Below are positions 22,587-33,524 of a stretch of DNA of 64,000 nucleotides, in pieces. The stretch's first letter is position 1. Every line of letters begins with the position of its first letter. The notes under the pieces are model-generated. The model saw nothing but the letters and a program-made list of their open reading frames with translations. It was not told where the DNA came from and did not search any database. The translations under genes and the position numbers were made by a program. The stretch is from Bacillota bacterium (lineage in GTDB: Bacteria > Bacillota > Ch66 > Ch109). The DNA lies in NCBI GenBank assembly GCA_050952625.1, contig JBMNLH010000001.1, positions 160,001-224,000 of the forward strand, written 5' to 3'.

Positions 22587-23195
22587 ATGGAAAACCAGAA
22601 GTCAAATCTAGATTTAGGCCAATTAACAGATTTTCAGCAACGGATCCGAATCCTGGTAGGGAACGCCCCTTGGGTTCTGCGGATCACGGATTTAAAGGAT
22701 AAACCAGCACCGGTTTTTATTGTGAAAAAACGTTATCTACCAGACGAAGACCCGAGAAAAAATGTATCTAAGAGCAAGACTGTGCTCAGAGACCAGGGGT
22801 TTATTTATGGTCAGTCCCTCCGCCGTTGTTTACCGGTAATCCGGCTGATTATCAACGGGGTGTGTGATGAGGCGGGTGTTCCCCTGGAATTACAGCAATA
22901 TACCGGTAACGGTCGGATCACGTTTCGGGGCAATCTGCCGCTCGATGAAGAAGCGGGGACCAAGTTATCGCTAATCTTCCAACTTCAGGCCCGAGTTAAG
23001 GACCTGGATCGGGTTGAACTAATTGCCTGGCGGGTGGAACGGTTCAGCCGTGAGGAGGCTGCCTACTGGTTGACCAGGGCGACTCAGTCCGGGGCAGCTG
23101 CTAATCGTTGGGCTCAGGCTGGGATGCGTATTATGCTTGGCGGACAGCCGGATGATAAAGCCATCCTTAATCTGCTGGAAAAGTTACGGAGATAG
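22587..23195 (+). CDS. Small accessory defence protein, DUF3780-like by position and motif
   Basis: Lies between DUF499 and DUF1156; C-terminal FSREEAAYWL...RWAQAGMRIML resembles the EE.WW...W..ALR motif. Confidence 0.55.
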   Translation: MENQKSNLDLGQLTDFQQRIRILVGNAPWVLRITDLKDKPAPVFIVKKRYLPDEDPRKNVSKSKTVLRDQGFIYGQSLRRCLPVIRLIINGVCDEAGVPLELQQYTGNGRITFRGNLPLDEEAGTKLSLIFQLQARVKDLDRVELIAWRVERFSREEAAYWLTRATQSGAAANRWAQAGMRIMLGGQPDDKAILNLLEKLRR

Positions 23196-23297
23196 CAACC
23201 GGAGGGACGGTTCTTGTGGCGGGTAAGTCGCAGCGAGCCGGGGATAAGGTGCCCTTAATCTACCGGGATGTTTGCGGAGACGGAAAGGGGAACAGCT

Positions 23298-26200
23298 ATG
23301 CAGGAGAGTAAAACCAGATCAGACATTAGATTTATTGAAGCCGGCTTTCCCTGTCACCAGGTGGGAGCGGAGACTCAGCGGGAGCGGGATACTGGTAAAG
23401 CACCGCCTACTCACCGTCTTCATGTATGGTGGGCCCGCCGGCCGCTGACCGCAAGCCGTGCGGCTATTCTGGGATCACTCTTGCCGGCCGGAACAGATCC
23501 GGACTGGTTTCTGCGGCAGTTGGGGATTGAGAAGGTGCAGGCCATAGTGAATGGGGAGCCGTGGACGCTGGAAGATAAACTGGTGGAGAGAATTGAAAAG
23601 GATGCCACAGGGCAAGAAAGATTAAAGGTGGATTCCGTTGTAGAGAGGGCTCTTCTAAGAGAGCAGGGCTTAAGGGAAGGTTATAGGAAACAAATCGAAG
23701 ATATCGTTAGCGTAAATTCTTCACTTAGTGAGCATCCAGTTATTCAGAAATGGCGAGAACTAAGTAAACCACTTCCTGAACCGCTATCTTTAGAAGGTAG
23801 AGCATTATTTATTAAGCGAATTGCTGCTGATCCAGCATGGTTTAAAGAATTGCTAGAGATTGCGGGAAGCGTAGGTGTTCGTGTGCCAAACCTTTACGGT
23901 TATTCCAGGGCTTTTATGCATCATCCAGATTGTTGTCAATCTAGTGAAATTACCGTGCTTGATTGCACTGCTGGCGGTGGTTCAATTCCGTTCGAAGCGT
24001 TGCGACTTGGTCACCGCGTGATTGGAAATGATCTGAATCCGGTCGCAACTGTAATTCTTTACGCTACACTAGATTACCCTGCGCGTTACGGTTTAACGCT
24101 AATTGATGACATCAAACAATGGGGTCAGAAGTTATTAGATGCTTTAGAAAGGGCTTTAGATCCTATCTTCCCTCGTAGTTTTCCATTGCCACAAAGCGAA
24201 CGTTATATTTTAGAAACACATCTAAGTAAGTGCCCTAGTTTTATCCCTGAGTACGATAAAGAGGATACGACTACTTATATTTACGCTCGTCAAGTCACCT
24301 GCCCCCATTGTGGAGGCGAAGCCCCACTGTTGAATACCTGCTGGCTATCAAAAGGGGGCGAGAAATGGGGCGTGCGGATCGTCACTGATCGAAAATTGAA
24401 GGGTGGCAAGGTCCATTTTGAGACTTACCGGCTTAAGGGCAACCGGGGGCCGAACGGCGAGGACCCCAACCTGGCCACGGTTAGCGGGGGTGTCGGAACT
24501 TGCCTCCACTGCCGTCAGGCCATCCCGGCTGACGAAATCAAGGCTCAAGCTCGGGGCGAGTCACCACATGGTCAATGGCAGGATCGACTATACTGTGTTG
24601 CAGCCGTGCGCTATCAGCCTAAATTAGACAAGCACGGTCAACCGGAGCGTTACAAAAGTGGTGAGCGAGCCGGCGAGATCAAGACGGAGAAAATTCGCTT
24701 TTTCCGGCCGCCTAATGCCCAGGATTTTCATGCTCTAGCTGAGGCGGAAAAGCGTTTGCAGCAGCATTGGCCAAACTGGGAGCGGCAGGGACTGATTCCG
24801 ACGGAAAAGATTCCTCCGGGTCATAAAACAATGGAACCATTACGTGCGGGTATGACTCGCTGGTGCGATATGTTTACCCCACGTCAGCTTTTGGGGCATC
24901 TATTTCTGGTAGAGGAACTGAATCGCCTTAAACCGGAAATTCTGCAGGAACTAGGTGAAGAGCGGGGTCGAGCAGTAGTAACTTACCTGCAGTTTATGAT
25001 TGATAAGGGCATTGATTATAACAGTAAGCAGACAAGATGGCATTATAGTCGTGGTGTCTTGATTAACACTTTTGGAAGACATGATTATTCAGTTAAGTGG
25101 ACCTTTGGTGAAATGGTTTTCAGCGGCCCTAATTCCGGTGCCGTCTGGGCCCTTTCGCAGATTTTGGACGCATATCAGGGAATGGCTGAGTTGATGGCTC
25201 CGCTGCATGAAAAACTGGCGGGTGCGGAACCGCCGGTGAGTATTCATTGCGGTACAGCAGCCCACCTTTATTTACCTGCCCAAACGGTCGATTTGGTGTG
25301 CATTGATCCGCCTTATTACAACAATGTCCAGTATGCGGAATTGTCGGATTACTTTTATGTCTGGCAGCGTCGTACCCTGCAGGATCTTTATCCGAATATC
25401 TTTAGACGCCGGCTGACCAATAAAACGGAAGAAGCAGTGGCTAATCCGGCTCGAGACGGTTCGGCTGCTAAGGCTGCTCGCGAGTATGAACGATTGATGG
25501 GCGAGATTTTTGCTGAGTGTCGCCGGGTGCTTAAAGACAATGGCATCTTAACCATTATGTTTACCCATAAAACTCAGGAAGCTTGGGAAACATTGACCCA
25601 TTCACTGATCGATAATGGTTGGACCATCACTTCCTCAATGCCAGTGGAATCTGAGGCCGGGGAGTCGATCCATCAAAAAGGGATGGCCTCTGCCGCTAGT
25701 TCTATTTTCTTGACCTGCCGTAAACGGGATCTATTAGATAGAATCCCAGCGACTTGGACCGGTTTTGGCGGCACGGGAGTAGCGCAGCGGATCCGTGAGG
25801 CAGTGCGGCAAGGCTTGAAAGAATTCGAAGTACTGCGCCTGAATGCGGTGGATGAGATGGTCGCTAGTTACGGCCGGGCCCTGCATGTCCTTTCCCAACA
25901 CTGGCCGGTATTGGATGGCGATGAACTGGTCAGCCCGATTCGGGCGATGAATGAAGCCAGTGCCGTCGCGGCCGCCCAGTATCAGATAGCTCGGCTAACG
26001 CAGGGGCGGTTAAAGGTCGAGGAACTGAAGTCAGAAACGGCTATGGCCTTAACTTTATATGGTATTTTTGGGTTAAGTAGTTTTCCTTACGATCAAGCGT
26101 TAAACCTTTCTCGTTCACTTAACATCAGCCTTGAGAGTAAATCAGCCGGATACGCGGTTAACGACCGAATGATCGGCATCAATAACGAAAATAGAGGCAG

Positions 26201-26534
26201 AAGTGCAAATAGGGGCAGACGGGCTGGTCGAGGCAATAATGAGGATACGGGGTACCATGCGCCGTTGCTGCGTCAAGGGTCTAAACTGCGCTTGGCCTTG
26301 CCCGAGGAGCGCAACCAAAGTCGCTTAAACCAACCGCAGACGGAATGGGATATTCTGCACGGGCTAATCCTGGCTTACCGGGAAGGCGATGTGCCGGTGG
26401 CGCGCGCTTACTTGTCTCAGCACGCAGAAGGACGGCAACCGGTGATCCTGGATCTACTTTCGGTTTGGGCCGCGGAAATGGCGGATGAACGGTTACGCAA
26501 GGAAGCGGAGGCAATCCAATTTGGGATAAAGTGA
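23298..26534 (+). CDS. DUF1156 family amino-(adenine) DNA methyltransferase
   Basis: LHVWWARRPL, motif I LDCTAGGGSIP, DPPYY catalytic motif, CPHC/CLHC Zn ribbon. Confidence 0.9.
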   Translation: MQESKTRSDIRFIEAGFPCHQVGAETQRERDTGKAPPTHRLHVWWARRPLTASRAAILGSLLPAGTDPDWFLRQLGIEKVQAIVNGEPWTLEDKLVERIEKDATGQERLKVDSVVERALLREQGLREGYRKQIEDIVSVNSSLSEHPVIQKWRELSKPLPEPLSLEGRALFIKRIAADPAWFKELLEIAGSVGVRVPNLYGYSRAFMHHPDCCQSSEITVLDCTAGGGSIPFEALRLGHRVIGNDLNPVATVILYATLDYPARYGLTLIDDIKQWGQKLLDALERALDPIFPRSFPLPQSERYILETHLSKCPSFIPEYDKEDTTTYIYARQVTCPHCGGEAPLLNTCWLSKGGEKWGVRIVTDRKLKGGKVHFETYRLKGNRGPNGEDPNLATVSGGVGTCLHCRQAIPADEIKAQARGESPHGQWQDRLYCVAAVRYQPKLDKHGQPERYKSGERAGEIKTEKIRFFRPPNAQDFHALAEAEKRLQQHWPNWERQGLIPTEKIPPGHKTMEPLRAGMTRWCDMFTPRQLLGHLFLVEELNRLKPEILQELGEERGRAVVTYLQFMIDKGIDYNSKQTRWHYSRGVLINTFGRHDYSVKWTFGEMVFSGPNSGAVWALSQILDAYQGMAELMAPLHEKLAGAEPPVSIHCGTAAHLYLPAQTVDLVCIDPPYYNNVQYAELSDYFYVWQRRTLQDLYPNIFRRRLTNKTEEAVANPARDGSAAKAAREYERLMGEIFAECRRVLKDNGILTIMFTHKTQEAWETLTHSLIDNGWTITSSMPVESEAGESIHQKGMASAASSIFLTCRKRDLLDRIPATWTGFGGTGVAQRIREAVRQGLKEFEVLRLNAVDEMVASYGRALHVLSQHWPVLDGDELVSPIRAMNEASAVAAAQYQIARLTQGRLKVEELKSETAMALTLYGIFGLSSFPYDQALNLSRSLNISLESKSAGYAVNDRMIGINNENRGRSANRGRRAGRGNNEDTGYHAPLLRQGSKLRLALPEERNQSRLNQPQTEWDILHGLILAYREGDVPVARAYLSQHAEGRQPVILDLLSVWAAEMADERLRKEAEAIQFGIK

Positions 26535-26647
26535 ACTGAGGCTAGCCGGTAATACAAAAATATCCCGCATTTAATCTGTGGGATAGTTGTTTTTATCAGT
26601 GATTGTGCTCTATGGGTATGGTCGTTAACAGAAAACGGGTGATGTAG

Positions 26648-29600
26648 TTGAAAAAAGATACGGCAACAGGCCGGAGTCTACAATCACGACCCTGGCTTCT
26701 TTCTTATAAAACCTCTTCCACGATCATTGATGGTCGGCCGGTGAACATTCTTCACGATTTTTATCTACCGGTGCTTCGTCTCGCGGTCCGGTATGACCGG
26801 GTCGCCGGGTATTTTCGTTCCTCTTCCTTAGCCGTGGCCTCCCAAGGGTTTTCTTCTTTTGTCAACCGGCAGGGCAAAATGCGCTTGATCGTCGGGGCTG
26901 ACCTGGAGCCGGAAGATGTCAAGGCGATCCTAGCCGGGGATGCACAGCGGCTGGCTGCCCAGTTAAATAAGGAACTAAACCAGCCGGAGACCTGGCCGGA
27001 GAAAATCCGCAACGGGGTAACCCTATTGGCCTGGATGATTGCCCGGGGCTATCTTGAAGTCCGAGTAGCCTTTCGGCTTCATCGGGAAACCGGTCAGCCG
27101 CTTCCTTTTGATGCAATGGAAGATGGCTACGTGCATGAAAAATGGTTCATTTTGCAGGATGAGTTGGGTAATCGTCTGTATGGAACCGGCACTCTTAATG
27201 AATCAAAAACCGCTCTGATCCTGAACGCAGAAAATATTGATATTCATTGTGACTGGTGGGGAGAGACGGACCGTCAGCGGGTTAACGAGGCAGTTGAGTC
27301 TTTTGAAAACCTGTGGCAGAATCGAGTACCGCACCTGCCGGTGCTGACCCTGCCAGAAGCGGTGCGACGTCAGTTAATCCGGTTGGCGGAGGGAATTAGT
27401 CATCCTGTTGAGCTTGATGGGACACCGGCCGTTAAGCAGGTGGTTGAACCACCCTCGGCCATGGAACGATTAAGATTTGCCATGCTACGCGATGCCCCCA
27501 AAATGCCGGGTGGTCGTTTCGTCGGGATGGAAACCGCTCCGGTCGAGCCTTGGCCTCACCAGACCATCGTAGTGCGACGACTGGTGGAAACCTGGCCTTA
27601 TTCATATTTGTTGTGTGATGAGGTTGGTCTGGGGAAAACCATCGAGGCCGGTCTGGCGTTTCGTTCCCTCTATTTATCAGGCCTGGTGAAACGCATCCTC
27701 ATCGCCGCACCAGCTAGTTTGACTTCCCAATGGCACCGGCAAATGGCTTCCAAATTGCTGCTTTCCTTTGGCCGAATCCGGACAACACCTAAGGCGGTGC
27801 ACGAGTACCTGCTGCCGGTGGAGGAAAATCGGGCAGCGAACTCGCTTTTTGGACCAGATCTGGTTATTGTGTCCACCGGGCTACTGGTCCATCGGGAACG
27901 GGCAGCGACTATAAAGGATGCAGAACCATTCGACATTGTCTTGGTTGACGAAGCCCATGCGGCTCGGCGGCAAAATCCCGCGATTGGTTTAGCTGCTAAC
28001 CCGGAATTTGGGCAGCTTTATACGGTGATTCGTGATTGCCTGCGACCACAGGCTCGTAGCCTATGGCTGGCTACCGCTACCCCGATGCAGATCCACCCGG
28101 TCGAAGTCTGCGATCTGCTGGCGTTGACCAATCGGGTGGGGGCCTTCCAGTTTGATCCAACCTTAACCTTGCAATACTATGAGGTGCTGAGCAAACTGGT
28201 GCAGGATCAAGAGCCCAACGATTATGAGTGGGAGTTTCTTCGCCGGGCAGTGCAGTCAATTCAAAAGCAGGACCCTCTGCTTTGGCAGTATTTTGAGGGC
28301 AGCGTAATCGATGGCCGCATTAGAACAGCTGTCCGCCAATGGTTGGAGAACCGGCGGCGACCCAGGGGCCGAGATCGTAAGCTGATGACTAGGTTGTTAT
28401 TTAGTGCCGCCCCTCTTTCGCGGGTCATGCTGCGTCATAACCGGCGGTTGTTAGAAATCTATCAGGCTAATGGACAATTACAGCAAAACTTGGCCAAGCG
28501 TCACATCCTCAAGTTGCCTCGGATCGAATTTCGGCCATTAGAACGTCAGATTTACGACCAGTTAGAAGAATACTGTCAGGGATTGACCCGGCAAATCCAA
28601 AAGCATGCTAATCAACAGTCGCGACAAATGATGAGTTTTTTATTGAGCTTTTTGCGTCTTCGATTTGCCTCCAGTCTTTATGCGATTCGCGAGACCTTGC
28701 AGCGTCGGCTGCACCGGGTGGAAGCAACCCTTCGCCACCAGTTAATAATTGAAGCTGAAGATACGGAATTAGGACCATCCGCACTGCAGGACCTGGTTTT
28801 AGAAGGTGATGCGGAAGACGACCAGGTAGCTGTAGAATCCATGCTAAAAAAACGGACCACACCGGATTTAGAATGGGAACAGGCTCGGTTGAAAGCCATG
28901 CTGGCTTCGATGTCGGACCTGTCGGAAACCTCGTCAAAAATGCAGGTACTGTTGCAGACCCTTGACCAGCGTAGGGACCGGCGGACCGGGCGTATTAGGC
29001 AGACCGTTATTTTTACCCGGTTCTATGATACCTTGAAAGATATTGTGGCCCGGCTGCATCAGGCGGATCCTCGAATGTGGATCGGCACTTATTCGGGTCA
29101 GGGGGCAGAGTATTTCGAGCCTGATAGCGGCCAAAAGATTAATTTGGACCGGGAAGAAGTGAAGGAGCGTTTTCTTCGGGGTGAAATCGATGTGTTAGTT
29201 TGTACCGATGCCGCGGCTGAGGGATTGAATCTGCAAACCGCGGACTGGCTGGTCAATTTTGATTTAGGCTGGAACCCAATGAAAGTCGAACAGCGGATTG
29301 GTCGGATTGACCGAATTGGTCAAAAACACAAGGACATCTATGTTCAAAATCTGTGTTATCTTGGCAGTGCTGAGGAAATCGTCTATGGTCGTCTTCTAAA
29401 ACGTTTGGCTGAGGCGAATATGATCGTTGGCACCCAACAGCTATCCCTACTTCCTGTCGAACCAGAAGACTTTCTCCAACTGGCTGAGGGTAAAATGACT
29501 GAAGACGATTTGGTGGCCAAGGCCCGTGAGCGGATTGCGTTACAACGCAAGAACACCGAGAGTATGGAAATTGATCCCCAGGCGTTGTACGAGATTTATT

Positions 29601-30556
29601 TGCGTCTGGCTCATACCAGTGAACGCTGGTCAGCTCCTGTAAACCTGCCTGCGATTGGAGAGGCTCTTTGTGGATCGCGTTATCTGCGCGATTTAGGATG
29701 CTTAGTTTTGGAAAAAGTAGCGGAGCCAACCTTAATTATGTCGGGCATTGAACAGATCCCTGATGGTACAGTAATGACAATTTCCCGTAGGTTGTATGAA
29801 GAAGGTCTGGGCGATGGCCACCCACGGGTACATTTCGCCTCGTATGGTGATCCATTCTTTGATGCTATTCTGGAGCATTTTGCTCAGTTTAAGCTTCCGC
29901 CATGTGTTCGCCGGATCAGTATTCCGGTCCCCGGTATGCCCCACTTAGAAATGGTGGGTTTTGCAGTCGCCAGCCAGCGGGATAGAGACAGCCATGAAGT
30001 GCGATTAATTCGGGCCTGGAATGATCTGGCCGACTTAAACCTAGCTGAGTCGCATATTTTGACGGAAGCAGAAATCGAGCCGGTGCGGGCGGAACTCATC
30101 CGAATTGCACAGGAAGAATATGGGCCTTACCTTGCGGCGGAGCGGATTGAGCGCGAAAATGTACGGGCAGCTAGGGCGCAGGAAATATTAAATTATTATG
30201 TCAGTCACCGCTTGCTGAAAGCGAGGGCTTGGTCAGCCGGAGAGGAAGCCCCGTACTGGACCTTACAGCGCGAAGTTGACCTGTTGTATGAAAATCGCGA
30301 ACGTCTGTTTATTAATGATTTACCAGCGTCTATGTTCCGGTCCTTGGCGGAGGAGTTGCTTTTTGATTGTCAGGTACCGAGTGTTGGAGATAAAGCCAGT
30401 CTATATGTGCCACATATTTTGGCAAAATCGGCCATGGATGCGGCAAATCGGCTGGCTAACAGCATGAAGGTGCGCCGGAGTGAGCTTCGAGCCAAAACGG
30501 TTATGACGCGCTTACTGCGGGAAGCAGAGGCGAGAAGGCAACAATGGAGCAGATAA
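26648..30556 (+). CDS. PLD-family nuclease fused to an SNF2 helicase
   Basis: N-terminal GYFRSSSL and HEKWFILQD...GTLNES (HKD-like); DEVGLGKT, DEAH, ATATP, QRIGRIDRIGQ. Confidence 0.9.
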   Translation: MKKDTATGRSLQSRPWLLSYKTSSTIIDGRPVNILHDFYLPVLRLAVRYDRVAGYFRSSSLAVASQGFSSFVNRQGKMRLIVGADLEPEDVKAILAGDAQRLAAQLNKELNQPETWPEKIRNGVTLLAWMIARGYLEVRVAFRLHRETGQPLPFDAMEDGYVHEKWFILQDELGNRLYGTGTLNESKTALILNAENIDIHCDWWGETDRQRVNEAVESFENLWQNRVPHLPVLTLPEAVRRQLIRLAEGISHPVELDGTPAVKQVVEPPSAMERLRFAMLRDAPKMPGGRFVGMETAPVEPWPHQTIVVRRLVETWPYSYLLCDEVGLGKTIEAGLAFRSLYLSGLVKRILIAAPASLTSQWHRQMASKLLLSFGRIRTTPKAVHEYLLPVEENRAANSLFGPDLVIVSTGLLVHRERAATIKDAEPFDIVLVDEAHAARRQNPAIGLAANPEFGQLYTVIRDCLRPQARSLWLATATPMQIHPVEVCDLLALTNRVGAFQFDPTLTLQYYEVLSKLVQDQEPNDYEWEFLRRAVQSIQKQDPLLWQYFEGSVIDGRIRTAVRQWLENRRRPRGRDRKLMTRLLFSAAPLSRVMLRHNRRLLEIYQANGQLQQNLAKRHILKLPRIEFRPLERQIYDQLEEYCQGLTRQIQKHANQQSRQMMSFLLSFLRLRFASSLYAIRETLQRRLHRVEATLRHQLIIEAEDTELGPSALQDLVLEGDAEDDQVAVESMLKKRTTPDLEWEQARLKAMLASMSDLSETSSKMQVLLQTLDQRRDRRTGRIRQTVIFTRFYDTLKDIVARLHQADPRMWIGTYSGQGAEYFEPDSGQKINLDREEVKERFLRGEIDVLVCTDAAAEGLNLQTADWLVNFDLGWNPMKVEQRIGRIDRIGQKHKDIYVQNLCYLGSAEEIVYGRLLKRLAEANMIVGTQQLSLLPVEPEDFLQLAEGKMTEDDLVAKARERIALQRKNTESMEIDPQALYEIYLRLAHTSERWSAPVNLPAIGEALCGSRYLRDLGCLVLEKVAEPTLIMSGIEQIPDGTVMTISRRLYEEGLGDGHPRVHFASYGDPFFDAILEHFAQFKLPPCVRRISIPVPGMPHLEMVGFAVASQRDRDSHEVRLIRAWNDLADLNLAESHILTEAEIEPVRAELIRIAQEEYGPYLAAERIERENVRAARAQEILNYYVSHRLLKARAWSAGEEAPYWTLQREVDLLYENRERLFINDLPASMFRSLAEELLFDCQVPSVGDKASLYVPHILAKSAMDAANRLANSMKVRRSELRAKTVMTRLLREAEARRQQWSR

Positions 30557-30965
30557 TTACCGTCACCGGAAATTCGTGCCTGGTAACTGGGAATACGATG
30601 AAAGTAAAACCAAACCGAAATAGATTGACCCCATCGCTCCTACATCAATATCCCAAACATAAACTTGGGACTTCGGAGCCGACAGGGCCATCTTTACAAG
30701 ATTATTATTTTACATCTTATTATAACCATAAGTGCAGCAGTTTTGGCAAGAGAAAATTCTAGAACTATTGGCTGTATAGGCTGTTATTTTGTAAAAAGGT
30801 TGTTTAAAGCTACTACTATGAGATAATTATGATAGTGGTTTTTTGGGGCGCTTGACGAAGCTAACGGCGATTATAGGAGAAGATTTATGCTAAACTGTAG
30901 TATTTGATTTATTATAAATTCTAATGTTTTCGATAATTAATACTATGAAGACAAGGGGAAGCCTG

Positions 30966-31673
30966 ATGAAGACTCTTATTTTAAAAATCAGTGAAATATA
31001 CAAACCTATATGTAAAATATTTATATATTTCTTGTTATTAGGTGGATTGCTCGTATTCTTAAGCGGCTGTGGCCAGGTAGAATCTGATGATGGGCAAGCT
31101 AATGCTAAACCGGTAATCGCCAAGACTTTACATAAGGAAACGATCAGGGACGAAATAATTTATCATTCTTTGCTGAAGCCAGATGAAGAAGTAGCGGTTG
31201 GTTTTGAGCTTGGGGGAAAAATCGCCCGGCTGAATTACAATGCAGGAGATGTCGTCACCATAGGGGAAACCCTGGCTTTGTTGGAAGATAATCAAATGCA
31301 GTTGAATATAACCCGGGCTGAATATCAGGTGGAAACCGCCCGCGCCAATTTAGAATTAGCGAATCTTAAATTGAAGGAAATCGAAGAGGATTACCAGCGG
31401 AAAAAGCATTTATATGAAAACGGAGCGATAGCGAAAAGTGTCTTAGAGAGTGTCGAGAACCAGTTGCAGAGCAGCCAAATCCAGGTCGAGCAGGCCCAAA
31501 CCCAGTTAAATACGGCCGAACTGGCCAAACAAGATAATTTGCTTTCCCACGCTAAAAGTATTCTCCGTTCCCCAATAAATGGGGTAGTAATCGATAAACT
31601 GGGCAACTGTCGCTTTGAGCATTATTCCCATTTATCGCCAATATATCGCGGAAAAGTATGCGATTTGGTCTAG
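30966..31673 (+). pseudogene. RND periplasmic adaptor (MFP) subunit, C-terminally truncated
   Basis: Lipobox LSGC, biotinyl-like GKIARL..GDVV, coiled coil, RSPINGVV, then out-of-family sequence. Confidence 0.75.
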
Positions 31674-33237
31674 CCGAACCGGCTACATAGGCCGGGTTTT
31701 AGACCAGACAGCTACTTATTATGCTGAAAAAATAGTTCCCTTCCTAATCAGGAAATCCAAAACAGTCGTCTTATTGATAATTTCCTTAAGTTTTTCTATT
31801 TATTTACTGATACCCTTCACCCCTTTAGAATTCTTCCCAGATACCGAAAGAGAAGAGATATTTATTGAAATGAAGCTGCCGGAAGGGACTACTATCGATA
31901 AAACTATGGTCCAAGCCAAACAACTTCAAGACTGGATTGTTAGCCAAGAGGAAGCAAGAGAAGTTAGTGCTTTTATTGGTACCCCCATGCCTCGGTTATT
32001 TGGTATGACCTCCAGCCAGGGTAATGAGCCTAATCAGGCTATGTTTTTGGTATATATCAACAAGGATAAAGCGCTAGCGAGCACCCTAAAGGATCAATGG
32101 AATAATCAATTAATTGAAGAATTTCCGCAGGCAGAGTTTAATACATCGGTTGTCGAGTCCGGTCCTCCGGTTGGTGCTCCTATCGCTATAAGAGTTAAAG
32201 GACAGTCCTTTGAAGAATTAGGGCTTATCGGGCAGGAAATTAGGGCCCTGCTTCTTCAACAACCCGGGGTAAACAGTGTGAGCGATGATGTCGGAAAATC
32301 TCTGGCTACCCTGAGTTTTCAACCGAAAAGGGAGGCCATGCAACAATGGGGAGTAAGCAATCAAGCAATCACCCAGGTGCTTAGGCTTTATGGAGAAGGA
32401 CTACCTATTGGTGAGTTTAGTTCAGACCAGACCCTCTTAGATATGAGAGTAGAGTATAAATTGGAAAAGGGTACTCCTTTAGATAATTTACATAACATGT
32501 CTGTGCTGAGTCCAACCGGAGATGCTGTTCCCTTAACTTCTTTAGTTGATCTCAGTCCTGATTTCACCATGCAAAGTATTCCTCACCATAACTATATCCC
32601 TAGCTTAACTGTGCGCGGCTACCTGGAAAGCAACGCCAAGGCAGACCGGATCCTGAACAACATGGGGCCAGAGCTAGAGAGGATAAGGGCCAATTACCCG
32701 AACTCGATTATTGAAATTGCTGGAGAAACCTCAGCCCGGACCGACTTTTTTATGGAAATCGGAAAAATCTTTGTTATCGTACTTTTCCTGATTCTAATAG
32801 TTATGGCCATCCAGTTTTACAGTCTGCTGATCCCCTTATTAATTATGAGCACGGTTTTCTTAGGGACCGCCGGGGCCATCTTGGTTTTATTTATCACTCA
32901 AACCGGCCTGGGATTTATGTCGCTAATGGGAATTGTTAGTTTAGCGGGGATTAGTGTGCGAAATGGCGTCATCTTGGTTGATTTTATGGAACAGAGAAGA
33001 AAGAACGGAGCCCCTTTGGCAGACGCCGTACAAGAAGCCTGTCAGAAGCGTTTAAAACCGGTTATATTAACTTCTTTGACGACGATCCTGGGAGTAATGC
33101 CGTTGATATTGAGCAACATTTTGATGTTTAAACCTTTAGCGATTGCGATAGCCGGCGGCCTCTTGTTTTCAACTTGTCTAACCTTGTTTTTACTCCCGGC
33201 TTTGTATGTGTCTTTTGTGGCGTATATGAGGTTGTAG
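31606..33237 (+). pseudogene. AcrB/CzcA-family RND transporter, C-terminal half only
   Basis: Begins at the TM6 end (VALSIIP); FFPDTER, GIVSLAGISVRNGVILVD, RLKPVILTSLTTILG; N-terminal half absent. Confidence 0.75.
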
Positions 33238-33371
33238 AAGGTAAGATTCATAATTCCTCGGAAATATAAGTTTGTTCGGTACCAGCGGATCTACTCGAAA
33301 GCATTATGCCTTCCCTGCGGTGACTTGAGTTTTTTCCACATTCAGGTGTTCTGTTGCTCGAACGGTCACTT

Positions 33372-33447
33372 AAGACTTGCTCCGCTTGCGGACACATGAT
33401 GGTGATTTATCTTTATCCGTAGGGATTGGGATTGTCCAGCTTGTAAC
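33372..33447 (+). pseudogene. TnpB (IS200/IS605 OrfB) C-terminal zinc-ribbon relic
   Basis: Across frameshifts reads KTCSACGH...DLSLS(V)RDWDCPACN. Confidence 0.6.
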
Positions 33448-33472
33448 TTAATATTCTAGGAACCTTGAAAAG

Positions 33473-33501
33473 TTAGCATAATTACGATAATATTATGCTA
33501 A
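33473..33501 (+). promoter_or_regulatory. Palindromic operator of the phd/relE TA operon
   Basis: TTAGCATAAT-N9-ATTATGCTAA perfect inverted repeat just upstream of the antitoxin. Confidence 0.65.
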
Positions 33502-33524
33502 GCTTTTTAAAGGGGTGTTGTTTT

